Positions 1-7,775 of a stretch of 13,164 bases of DNA are shown piece after piece. The stretch's first letter is position 1. Each line of letters starts with the position of its first letter. The notes under the pieces are model-generated. The model saw nothing but the letters and a program-made list of their open reading frames with translations. It did not search any database and was not told the origin of the DNA. Position numbers and translations under genes: made by a program. Source of the DNA: Candidatus Heimdallarchaeota archaeon (lineage in GTDB: Archaea > Asgardarchaeota > Heimdallarchaeia > Heimdallarchaeales > Kariarchaeaceae); the NCBI GenBank assembly GCA_030668165.1, contig DAOUUM010000040.1:1-13164 (forward strand). Reading direction: 5' to 3'.

Positions 1-1251
1 ATTAATATTGCTGCAAGTACCTCACTTGTCACTGCTAAGGGAATTTCCAAATCAAGAATATTCAAGGTATCGGATGAGATCAATAAATCCTACTTGAAGG
101 TTGATTGGCGAGTCAGACAACTACAGAGAATCAAAGAAATCAGACTGGTTGAGGAATTACATAATAATTTTGATATCAAGATATCCAAATTATCTAAGAT
201 TACTAGTATGAATCTTGATCAATCTAGACAGGGATTAACTCATCTAAGTGGATTAATCAAGGATATCAATTCTGCTAATCTGAAATCCATTTTAATTCTC
301 AATGATAGAGTGTATAATGAACTCAAGAGTGTCAAGGGAAATCTAAACCTACAAATCAAGAAACTAAATTCAAAGAATAACAAGAATAAATCTGATAAAA
401 CTCAATTATCTGATTACTACAAGGAAATCAAAATTATTAGTAATCTACTTCACTCGCTCTCATTAATCAAGAAACTTGAAAACAACTGGGATAAATCTGC
501 TGATGGTATACTAAAGAAACTAAGGGAATTAAGAAATACTCGATATAATCTCAAATTAGAGATTGATCGATTATTAATTCTTCAAATTTCTGATTATATC
601 AGGGCATTATCCAATAAATACGATATCTATGTTAGCTTAGGTAAACTCAAGGGTATTCGAAGGAATGCCATGCGAGGAAACGGTAACAAGGCACATAGAA
701 AACGTATTCACAAATGGTCATTCTTCAGATTCACATCCATGCTGGAGAACAAGATGAGTCTACTGGGATTCGAAAAACGAATGCTGGTGGTAAATGAGGC
801 TTGGACTTCAAAAACTTGCTGGAAATGTAATACTAGAGGCACAAGACCAAAACAATCCCATTTTATCTGTAATAACTGCACATGGCAGGGAAATGCAGAT
901 GAAAATGGAGCAATCAACATAGCCAAAAGGCTAATAAGAAATTTCAAGCTTACCCAATTTTCTAAAATTGGTAAGAATGGACTAGGACAGTATCTACCTG
1001 TAGTCTCTTCCAAGAAGAGGAACGGAAAAGTTAGATACAGGCCGAATGCCCTTCGGGGAAGTCCTGTCCCTGTGGGACAAACTGACACGAAACTAAGTAA
1101 TTGGTTTCAACATGATCTGTCGGTAAGCGCGGAAACCCTGTCTTCTGAGAAGTTAGGAAACGGAGAAGCAGGACATAGTAATCGTCCCCCGGGACAACAT
1201 GCTAGAAAAACCTTAGAGGAGACTCAAAAGGTGACGGTGACGTCTGGCTAG
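1..1251 (+). CDS. tnpB: TnpB-like RNA-guided nuclease family protein (IS200/IS605 OrfB, IS1341-like), 5'-truncated by the window edge
   Basis: Frame 1 is open from nt 1. INIAASTSLVTAKG resembles the strand just after the RuvC-I Asp, so the N-terminus lies upstream of the window. The track start at 94 is an internal TTG. Hallmarks: HKWSFFRF, VVNEAWTSKTC, zinc ribbon CWKC (817-828) ... CNNC (868-879), and RuvC-III NADENGAINIAKR (Asp codon 898-900). Stop TAG at 1249-1251. Confidence 0.8.
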   Translation: MNIAASTSLVTAKGISKSRIFKVSDEINKSYLKVDWRVRQLQRIKEIRLVEELHNNFDIKISKLSKITSMNLDQSRQGLTHLSGLIKDINSANLKSILILNDRVYNELKSVKGNLNLQIKKLNSKNNKNKSDKTQLSDYYKEIKIISNLLHSLSLIKKLENNWDKSADGILKKLRELRNTRYNLKLEIDRLLILQISDYIRALSNKYDIYVSLGKLKGIRRNAMRGNGNKAHRKRIHKWSFFRFTSMLENKMSLLGFEKRMLVVNEAWTSKTCWKCNTRGTRPKQSHFICNNCTWQGNADENGAINIAKRLIRNFKLTQFSKIGKNGLGQYLPVVSSKKRNGKVRYRPNALRGSPVPVGQTDTKLSNWFQHDLSVSAETLSSEKLGNGEAGHSNRPPGQHARKTLEETQKVTVTSG

Positions 1252-1290
1252 TGTGGAAACAACGCGTAAGAGAGTTACCTCTTGATATCA
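1000..1290 (+). ncRNA. Candidate omega RNA (reRNA) scaffold overlapping the tnpB 3' end
   Basis: GC content jumps relative to the upstream gene body. Hairpins are dense: CTCTTC/GAAGAG (1005-1019); CCGAA/TTCGG (1042-1056), or alternatively CCC-UUCG-GGG; TGTCCC/GGGACA (1065-1079); CCTG-CTTCT/AGAAG-CAGG, 9 bp with one bulge (1137-1172); GTCCC/GGGAC (1184-1195); AAGAG/CTCTT (1267-1284). The location matches where TnpB guide-RNA scaffolds are encoded. Confidence 0.35.
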
Positions 1291-1362
1291 TTCATCAATA
1301 CTGTAAGTAAAATAAAATGTCAGGAGCTAGTAGACCAATGAATGAAGTAATCCAATTCTACG

Positions 1363-1370
1363 AAAAAAAA
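1363..1370 (-). terminator. Oligo-T (T8 on minus strand) candidate archaeal terminator downstream of rpl30e
   Basis: A8 on the plus strand at 1363-1370, about 70 nt past the rpl30e stop (1439-1441). Archaeal termination commonly uses oligo-T tracts. Confidence 0.4.
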
Positions 1371-1438
1371 TGAAACCTTCATTTAACTACAATTGAATGT
1401 GAAATATGTGGGCATTCAAAATTTAAGCGTGTATGGCG

Positions 1439-1741
1439 TTAATTTGGAATTGCTTGTAATATATCTGAGTCACCAGCGTTGAATACAGTGATGAATGCGG
1501 TTAAATGTGGACGTCCAACTGTTGTTCCAAGATCCTGTGAGGTTCTTGGATACTCAATAATTGGAACTCCTGAGAGTTTGCTGTAATATTCAACATCTTC
1601 TTTCATATCTGTGGGTGCATTTGCTGCAATAATGATTGCCTTGGCATTACCCAGTTTGGCTGCTTCAATTGCAGATTTAACACCCAATGAAGTCTTACCT
1701 GATTTGCGTGCTACGCTTATAGATTTGTCTAGATCAACCAT
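1439..1741 (-). CDS. rpl30e: 50S ribosomal protein L30e
   Basis: 100 aa. SGKTSLGVKSAIEAAKLGNAKAIIIAANAPTDMKEDVEYYSKLSGVPIIEY..SQDLGTTVGRP matches the L30e pattern (GK..LG....k....g.aklvi.a.n.p......i.yya.ls.ipv....ts.eLG...Gkp). Too short for L7Ae. ATG start at 1741. Confidence 0.85.
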   Translation of the reverse strand: MVDLDKSISVARKSGKTSLGVKSAIEAAKLGNAKAIIIAANAPTDMKEDVEYYSKLSGVPIIEYPRTSQDLGTTVGRPHLTAFITVFNAGDSDILQAIPN

Positions 1742-1950
1742 TGTCTTTACCTTCTATATTTATCTAATCAACGATTGATTTTGTTTATCTTAAATATTAC
1801 TTTGAATTACAGAAATCATCTAGAAATTAATCCAGCTAGCTTACTTTGTAATAATTAGATAAATTAAGATATTACAAGGGCTGTTCTTTTATTATTCACT
1901 TACAACACACAGTCTAAGACTTTATTTGTTAGTAATGCATAATATTTTCC

Positions 1951-2271
1951 ATGGCAATATCAACCGACCTTCCTGTGGATATGATGGATCTGGCACAATC
2001 AGCTAACTTCCTTGATGATAAGGTTAAGATACACTGGTCTTGGGAGACATCTATAGCAGTTGTGCTTGATCATCACTACACACACGATGAACTTATTCGT
2101 TTACATTCCGATGAATTTGACAGTATCAGTTCCCAGGGATCAATTCATAATATCAGTAACAAACGTGGTGGCCTAATATATTTTTACTTTTGTGAGCATC
2201 GTACCTACACCCCAATTGATGTTCCAAATAATTTGTACCGATCAAATCCCCAATGTTTGTTTTGTGAGTAA
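1951..2271 (+). CDS. Hypothetical small acidic protein with a C-terminal CxH...CxxC cluster
   Basis: 106-aa ORF with an ATG start. It fills the gap between rpl30e and the PPAT gene and abuts the PPAT stop with no spare base. FCEH ... QCLFCE could be a small zinc-binding motif. I recognise no family. Confidence 0.35.
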   Translation: MAISTDLPVDMMDLAQSANFLDDKVKIHWSWETSIAVVLDHHYTHDELIRLHSDEFDSISSQGSIHNISNKRGGLIYFYFCEHRTYTPIDVPNNLYRSNPQCLFCE

Positions 2272-2730
2272 TTAACTAGATTCAGAAGCACGTATTCTGG
2301 AAGATGATATCAGATCTCCATTATCATCATATGACCATGGAATGATAACCACATCGAGAGTTTCCAATCCATTATCTCTTCGCATTTCATTTATTTTGTG
2401 TGCACTTTTTCTGGTCTCAAAACTGACTACTATCAGATCTGCTATCTTGTCCATTGGTGCAGGTCCCCAAGGATCATAGAGGGGCTCCACCTCCAGTTTA
2501 TCACAGTACTGTGAGGTGTATTGTCTCACTGCATCTGATCGCATATCATAGGATTCAATCAAATCTGCATGATCCTTGTTCTTGAATATTTTTTTACCCA
2601 GTTCCTCGGATACCACTCCAACAAAAACCTCCTCTGCCATCATGGCTGCTGTGTGTAACAGTGATTCATGGGCTTGATGCAATCGATCAAAGGTACCTCC
2701 CATTACACAACGACGATAGGGTTTTTGCAT
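2272..2730 (-). CDS. coaD: Phosphopantetheine adenylyltransferase, archaeal/eukaryotic type (cytidylyltransferase fold)
   Basis: 152 aa. N-terminal GGTFDRLHQAH corresponds to the nucleotidyltransferase (T/H)xGH signature, and C-terminal SSSRIR is the ISSTxxR-like motif. Size fits archaeal PPAT (COG1019). Confidence 0.75.
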   Translation of the reverse strand: MQKPYRRCVMGGTFDRLHQAHESLLHTAAMMAEEVFVGVVSEELGKKIFKNKDHADLIESYDMRSDAVRQYTSQYCDKLEVEPLYDPWGPAPMDKIADLIVVSFETRKSAHKINEMRRDNGLETLDVVIIPWSYDDNGDLISSSRIRASESS

Positions 2731-2835
2731 AATTTATTGTGAACATGTCCAATAATTAAATTTTGTATAACTGCTGTGTTCGATTAGGTATCCCAATGAG
2801 AAAATCTTTTCAAATAATGTCTACTAGGTAAATTT

Positions 2836-3465
2836 GTGGAATTTGTTATCGGTTTTGATGTGGATGAGGTAATAATTGACGTTGGTCAGGCATTATTCGA
2901 TTTTTTCAATACTAAATTCAATTCTAATTTCTCTAAGGAAGATTTTATAGAGTTTGATTTTCACAGTGCCTATGGGATAACAAAAGAACAAACAATAGAA
3001 TATCTCCTGGAATTTTATCAAACCGAGGAATTCCAGGGAATAGTGCCCAGAGAAGATGCGTTGGAGTATTTGCCAAAAATCAAATCCCTGGGACCAAACA
3101 TCCGGATTGATCTCATAACCTCGAGGTTTGGTGATGATGCCAAGAAGGCAGCATACAACATGATTAGTAATTATTTTTCTGATGATATAAGACAGATTCA
3201 CTTTGCAGAACACAGCAGCAGTAATTATGGTCGGAAGCATCAGATCCTTGAATCTATAGGGGCAAGGGTTTTTGTTGATGATCACCTCCTGAATGTAGCT
3301 GATGCCTCAACTGTCTGTGAATATGTTTTTCTAATGGATCAACCCTGGAACCGGGATGCCGGTGTAATAAGCAAATATTTTCCAGATGGTTTTCCCGATA
3401 ATGTTGAAGTTATCCATTCTATAAAAGACGCATATTATAAAATTGATAAGATCTATAATGTATAG
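2836..3465 (+). CDS. HAD-superfamily hydrolase, 5'(3')-deoxyribonucleotidase (NT5C)-like
   Basis: GTG start; the in-frame stop upstream is at 2815-2817. HAD motif I FDVDEV is at residues 7-12, with motif II-like LITSR and motif IV-like VFVDDH. Length of 209 aa fits NT5C-type nucleotidases. Confidence 0.6.
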   Translation: MEFVIGFDVDEVIIDVGQALFDFFNTKFNSNFSKEDFIEFDFHSAYGITKEQTIEYLLEFYQTEEFQGIVPREDALEYLPKIKSLGPNIRIDLITSRFGDDAKKAAYNMISNYFSDDIRQIHFAEHSSSNYGRKHQILESIGARVFVDDHLLNVADASTVCEYVFLMDQPWNRDAGVISKYFPDGFPDNVEVIHSIKDAYYKIDKIYNV

Positions 3466-3736
3466 GGTCCTCAGAATTGCTGTCTGTGGTAGGTACAGTT
3501 GCTAATTAAATCAACATTAACACAACATATGCATTTTGGATCTTATAGTTATTATAGTGAAAACAAGAATACAGTAAATTTGTATTGATAGTAGTTTATA
3601 TACACTAAATACCACAATTATCATGAAATATAAGAGTAAAAAATCATTTTATCATGGTACTAAATTATACAATGGGTGCAATATTCTTTTATTATTGAAA
3701 TAAATTTATTAAATCTCTCTTCTAAATAATTTAGCT

Positions 3737-4594
3737 ATGAAAATAAAAATTAAGATTCTGAATTTGATGCTATTGCTTATGCTTGGAAGCAGCTCAGCAG
3801 TTGGTGCATCTCCCACTTTGGCTATCAGTGTTGGAGATTCATTTGATTTCAATTTTGAGTATCTGGAAACGGTAGAGATTAATGGTACTAATTATTCAAA
3901 TCCCAATGCAGATATGAAAGAATCAGTGAATGTTGAGGTAGTTGAGATCAAGAGTGATAATAAAACAGTCTCAGTTAAAGAAACATACAGTGATGAAAGT
4001 ACAGCTCTTGTGGATTCTGAAGTTGACTTTTGGGGGAGGTATACTACGCCGTATATGGTAATGTTTTTGGATTTTGAAACAAAGGAATTCGATCCAGAGG
4101 AATATATGGATTTCTCAGCACCTGAATATGCAAATGACGCACCTGATGATGACAATGGTGGTGAGGATTACACGGTTGGATATTTTGCTAACAGCAATCC
4201 AGATGCATATAGGATGTCTAATGATGATGATACCCCCTTTCCTAATTTAGAAATGATAAGCGACTCAGTTGCCGGAACCCTCTCAATTACCTATGATAAT
4301 GCCACCACATTAATTGGCAATCTCGCTGATGGTAGGGAATGGGAGATGAAACTTGATTGTCTGTTGGAGATCTATATTGACTATGCAAGAAGTCTTGTTA
4401 CCAAGGTAAATGTCGATTACACCCTAACAGTTATTCTAGAGGATGCGGAGAAGATTACCACTTTTACAAACTCCTATGAGGAAGGAGGAAGTCCAAATAA
4501 TTTACTGGGAGATCTCACTATTCCTGGCTTTGAGTTGTATGTAGGTATATTTTCTCTATTTATAACAGCCACAATTTTAAGAAAACGCAAATAA
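3737..4594 (+). CDS. Secreted acidic surface protein with an N-terminal signal peptide and a PGF-CTERM-like archaeosortase sorting signal
   Basis: N-terminus MKIKIKILNLMLLLMLGSSSAVGASP is signal-peptide-like. C-terminus is IPGFELYVGIFSLFITATILRKRK: a PGF tripeptide, a hydrophobic helix and a basic tail. N-x-S/T sequons are present (NGT, NYS, NKT, NAT). Confidence 0.7.
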   Translation: MKIKIKILNLMLLLMLGSSSAVGASPTLAISVGDSFDFNFEYLETVEINGTNYSNPNADMKESVNVEVVEIKSDNKTVSVKETYSDESTALVDSEVDFWGRYTTPYMVMFLDFETKEFDPEEYMDFSAPEYANDAPDDDNGGEDYTVGYFANSNPDAYRMSNDDDTPFPNLEMISDSVAGTLSITYDNATTLIGNLADGREWEMKLDCLLEIYIDYARSLVTKVNVDYTLTVILEDAEKITTFTNSYEEGGSPNNLLGDLTIPGFELYVGIFSLFITATILRKRK

Positions 4595-4720
4595 TTAATT
4601 TTGATAATTTCAGATATGGATTCTCAATGAAAATCGATGATTTGCAGATAATCGCCACTATACGACAAAAAGTGAATATGAAATCAAGCTGATATTGTGA
4701 GCCTCACAAAAATTTTAGAT

Positions 4721-4879
4721 AAAAAAAAGCTCTTAGAAAATCGAGGTTCGGATGATTCTCGGTGTTTCCCTAACAACTATGGTCGGCATCAAAGTGCCAA
4801 CAATTATACGTTCCCTAGAGCTCGCGCATTTAAGTACAGGTATAAACGTTAAAAGGCTTAACTTTCTCGTTCTAAGAGC
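4721..4879 (-). ncRNA. Candidate ~150-nt structured non-coding RNA, family unassigned
   Basis: Read on the minus strand, GCUCUUAGAA (4879-4870) pairs perfectly with UUCUAAGAGC (4738-4729). The stem extends by CGAG (4869-4866)/CUCG (4745-4742) across a 3-nt bulge. U8 follows directly (4728-4721). Internal hairpins are GUUAA/UUAAC and GGCA/UGCC. There are two copies of UAGGGAA(A)C (plus coords 4810-4818 and 4764-4772). No ORF in the track. Confidence 0.5.
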
Positions 4880-4900
4880 ATTCTAACCAACTCTCCGCGT

Positions 4901-4908
4901 TATATAAA
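4901..4908 (-). promoter_or_regulatory. TATA-box-like element for the minus-strand RNA candidate
   Basis: Minus-strand TTTATATA. Its centre lies about 25 nt upstream of the first base of the terminal stem (4879), which is the canonical archaeal TATA-to-start spacing. Confidence 0.4.
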
Positions 4909-5004
4909 GATAGAGATAGGTTTCGTCGAATAATAGTTGTCATTTTTTATATATCTTATAATATATTGAACTGTCTTTATTTTGAACTTTGAGACCTCAA
5001 TTAT

Positions 5005-6378
5005 CTAGTATGAGGTTTCTTCCAGTTTTGGTCCTTCATTTTTGATTGCTCTTCCATCCTGATGTTTTCGGATCCATTTGGCATCCTCAGCATCTGTGAA
5101 CACTCGGATTATCACATATCGTTCTCTTCCGGTATTGACCTGTGATAAAAATGAGCTGAAATAGTTGGTCTGTTGAATTGCCTCCAGCAGGGTGTAAGAA
5201 TGCAATCCCTTGTCCAGTGATTTGTTTTTGTCATAGATATAGATATTACCCACATCGAATTCATTGTAATCAATGGTACTCATGGGATAAGTGTTGGTCA
5301 CATAGAATTTGGGTTCTGGCTTACCTTTGCGTTTTGCCTCTTCTAAAATATTATTGATGAATCTTCCATGGGCGATCTGACGGGCATCTTTCTCAAGATT
5401 TCCACTGATTGTGGTGACCTGTTTTTCCTGCAGTGTTGTCTCCCATACGAGTTTTGGCAGATCTCTCTGAAGCAAACGGGAACAGTACTCTTTTGCAAGT
5501 CCAAGTTTCTCATCACTGCCACCCATGATCTCACCGACCACAGTGTACTCATTGATCCACTGGTATTGAGACAGATCCTTGGTACGTTCCACCAGTTTGA
5601 GTTCCTCCTTTGCAGCATCCAGCATATGTCTTATCAGGATATCTGCAGCTGCTGATGCCTTGTGGAAATATACCCCTCTGTACATGTAAAACCTACCCAG
5701 TAGTGATTGAAATATATCATCAAGAACTTTGAGATGGTAATGAAGAGATGGAACTCCATTATGTTCTGAGACTAGTTATTTGCGAATAATTCTATTTGAT
5801 GCAATTGAACCAAAATGAGTGGTACCTGAAAAATAAGCATCTCTCAACATAAAATCCATCCTATCTGCACCCATTGCTCCCTGCGTGATTGCCTGCATAA
5901 CCCGATCCTTACCCTCCCATAGATCAACAAGATCCTTGGGTTCCACACCACAATCCTGGATGTAGGGTTTGAGGTATTCACTGTGAATCATCTTGATCCG
6001 GTGGGTATCATGTCCATGTCTGTTTCCGGGATATAATGATTGGTATACAGTGTCATCATAGGCATGGCTGAAGGCACCGTGTCCAACATCATGGAGGAGT
6101 CCCCCCAATCTGGCCACCTGTACCCTGAAATCCTTGTCATCATAGTCCGCAAAGACTTGTTCCGCATATTTACCTCCCAGATGCATAACTCCCAATACAT
6201 GGGCTAACCGAGTGTGCTGTGCTCCTGGGAATACCAATCTCACTCCTGATAATTGAGATATCCATCTCATCCTCTGCAAAAAGGGTGAATCTATAACTTT
6301 ACCCTCTTCTGGAGTTATTGGTATGTATGAATGCACAGGATCTCTAATTGCTGAAGAACCATATTTAGTCATAATCAA
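5005..6378 (-). pseudogene. SAMHD1-like HD-domain (d)NTP triphosphohydrolase (COG1078-like) interrupted by one in-frame TAA
   Basis: N-terminal ORF (5776-6378): IRDPVHSYI, FLQRMRWISQL, PGAQHTRLAHVLGV, LLHDVGHGAFSH, GADRMDFMLRDAYFSG. C-terminal ORF (5005-5685) starts in the conserved MYRGVYFHK region. I translated 5686-5775 by hand: it is in the same frame and has no other stop (LVSEHNGVPSLHYHLKVLDDIFQSLLGRFY). The only break is TAA at 5776-5778. Read through, the product is 457 aa. The track start at 6378 is TTG and the first ATG is at 6372. Confidence 0.75.
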
Positions 6379-6638
6379 TTACCTGTTTTACTTTATTCTG
6401 TATTCTATTAAGAGATTAACTGATTAATAAGGTTTAGAACTTGGGACATTATTTACGCGTTCAGTTCTCACAAGTATTCAATATTGGTTGGAAATAACAA
6501 TACAAAACATCTTGGGGTCCTAATTCCCGGATTTATTGATTAATATCAGATAAACCACAAAAATAGACGATAAGAATTCCTTTTAACAAGAACAGTAGAG
6601 AAAATGTCTTTAATCGTTAATGTGAAATAGGATTACAG

Positions 6639-7052
6639 ATGGTAGAAAGTGATACACAACCTGTCAAAGCAACACAGGTAAAAGTAGGTAACCACATAGT
6701 ATATGATGCAGAGGTATTTGTTGTAAAATCAACAGACAAATCCAAATCAGGAAAGCATGGACATGCCAAGGTAAGAATGAGTGTAGAGAATATTATAACT
6801 GGCAAATCAAAGAGTCTTGTCATGCCAGGTGATGATAAATTGAAGAAACCAATCATCCTCAAGAAAATTGCCCAGATATTATCAACTAGTCCTGATACAG
6901 TTCAACTTATGGATAAGGAAACATTCGAAGTATTTGAAACCTTAATTCCCGATTATGAAAGTATTGGTGGATCACTCGAATCCGGTGATGAAGTGGATCT
7001 CTGGGAATTCCTAGGTAAGAGAGTAATCAGGAAAAAGAGATCAACTGAATAA
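6639..7052 (+). CDS. eif5a: Translation initiation factor 5A (aIF5A)
   Basis: 137 aa. The hypusine-site motif STDKSKSGKHGHAKV is present, with the N-terminal SH3-like and C-terminal OB-like layout typical of aIF5A. Confidence 0.9.
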   Translation: MVESDTQPVKATQVKVGNHIVYDAEVFVVKSTDKSKSGKHGHAKVRMSVENIITGKSKSLVMPGDDKLKKPIILKKIAQILSTSPDTVQLMDKETFEVFETLIPDYESIGGSLESGDEVDLWEFLGKRVIRKKRSTE

Positions 7053-7775
7053 ATTATTATATTTTTCACTCATATACCTACTTAATTCAATAAGAAAAGC
7101 TAGCTGAAGCACGGTAGTTTCTGCCCTTTTCTCAGCAGAAAAAACATTGTCTTCACTTAAATATCCAAATCTTTTGGCCTGTTTATCTATCTCTTCCAGG
7201 GGACTAAGTCCGGTGAGATAAATGGATAAATCCGATGCTCCCATTAACCAGTGGGGTAAATCCTTTATCGATGAGATGGAGGTTATCAACTCAGGCCTAT
7301 CCTGTTTGTTGTAAATATTATCAAAGATATTTTTTACCACTGCCCATCCCTGATTTATTGGATTACTCCATGAAAATAAGAAATGCTTCCATAATATGAC
7401 AAGACAATTATTTTCATTATCTGATGCTATGGCCATCAGCGCATAGTTGTCCGGCAGATCAAGTGATAGGACTGGTAGATCTGAATTTTTCAACTGTATC
7501 CTCTTCACCCCATCCAGTATGGAATCAATGTCATTTTCCAAGATACCCAGGTGCTGGATCACTTGTTCTCTTGCCTCCTCCAACTGAATATTATCATAAA
7601 TACCACTTCTCTCCAATTTTTCCACGGTATCCCTGGACAAGGTACTGATCTTGGATAATAAAACAGAGTCCTTTGAAAATGTTATCATTGGCCTAATTGC
7701 ATTTTTATCTATTATATTTTGTTGCGTGATGAATTTGTATTTCTCTGCTAATAACTTTCTTGTCATCATAATCAA
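7041..7775 (-). CDS. Hypothetical protein (orphan). A possible helix-hairpin-helix-like segment is near the N-terminus.
   Basis: Long uninterrupted ORF with gene-like composition. Its TGA stop region overlaps the aIF5A 3' end by 12 nt (convergent). The track start at 7775 is TTG, and ATG codons follow at 7769 and 7766. ISTLSRDTVEKLERSGIYDNIQL loosely resembles an HhH motif. I recognise no family. Confidence 0.55.
   Translation of the reverse strand: MIMMTRKLLAEKYKFITQQNIIDKNAIRPMITFSKDSVLLSKISTLSRDTVEKLERSGIYDNIQLEEAREQVIQHLGILENDIDSILDGVKRIQLKNSDLPVLSLDLPDNYALMAIASDNENNCLVILWKHFLFSWSNPINQGWAVVKNIFDNIYNKQDRPELITSISSIKDLPHWLMGASDLSIYLTGLSPLEEIDKQAKRFGYLSEDNVFSAEKRAETTVLQLAFLIELSRYMSEKYNNLFS

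Larger units (their letters stand above)
1..1290 (+). mobile_element. Partial IS200/IS605-family (tnpB-bearing) element. Left part is off-window and the right end is approximate.
   Basis: A tnpB gene is present, and hairpin-rich GC-elevated sequence continues to about 1285 before AT-rich flank resumes. No terminal repeats are expected for this family, so the boundary is inferred only. Confidence 0.5.

Noticed and set aside
708-1088. 126-aa minus-strand ORF inside tnpB
   Set aside because: It lies entirely antisense within a gene that has clear family motifs. The peptide is low-complexity and Leu/Phe/Pro-rich. This is a typical shadow ORF.
1884-3696. Shared 13-mer TTCTTTTATTATT at 1884-1896 and 3684-3696, each 40-55 nt upstream of a plus-strand start codon
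   Set aside because: It is plausibly just TATA/BRE-like promoter sequence. In DNA this AT-rich a 13-nt T/A match can occur by chance. It is not enough to propose a regulon.
5776-5778. Genome-wide reassignment of TAA as a sense codon
   Set aside because: TAA is the terminal stop of most well-supported genes in this window (rpl30e, PPAT, the PGF-CTERM protein, aIF5A, tdh, the 642-aa gene). A global reassignment is therefore not tenable. Only a local event or a mutation remains possible.
6370-7775. Identical TTGATTATGA context at the starts of the HD gene (6378-6369) and the 244-aa gene (7775-7766)
   Set aside because: It most likely only shows that the true starts are the ATGs (6372 and 7769) preceded by similar AT-rich sequence. 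Two occurrences of a 10-mer are not interpretable.
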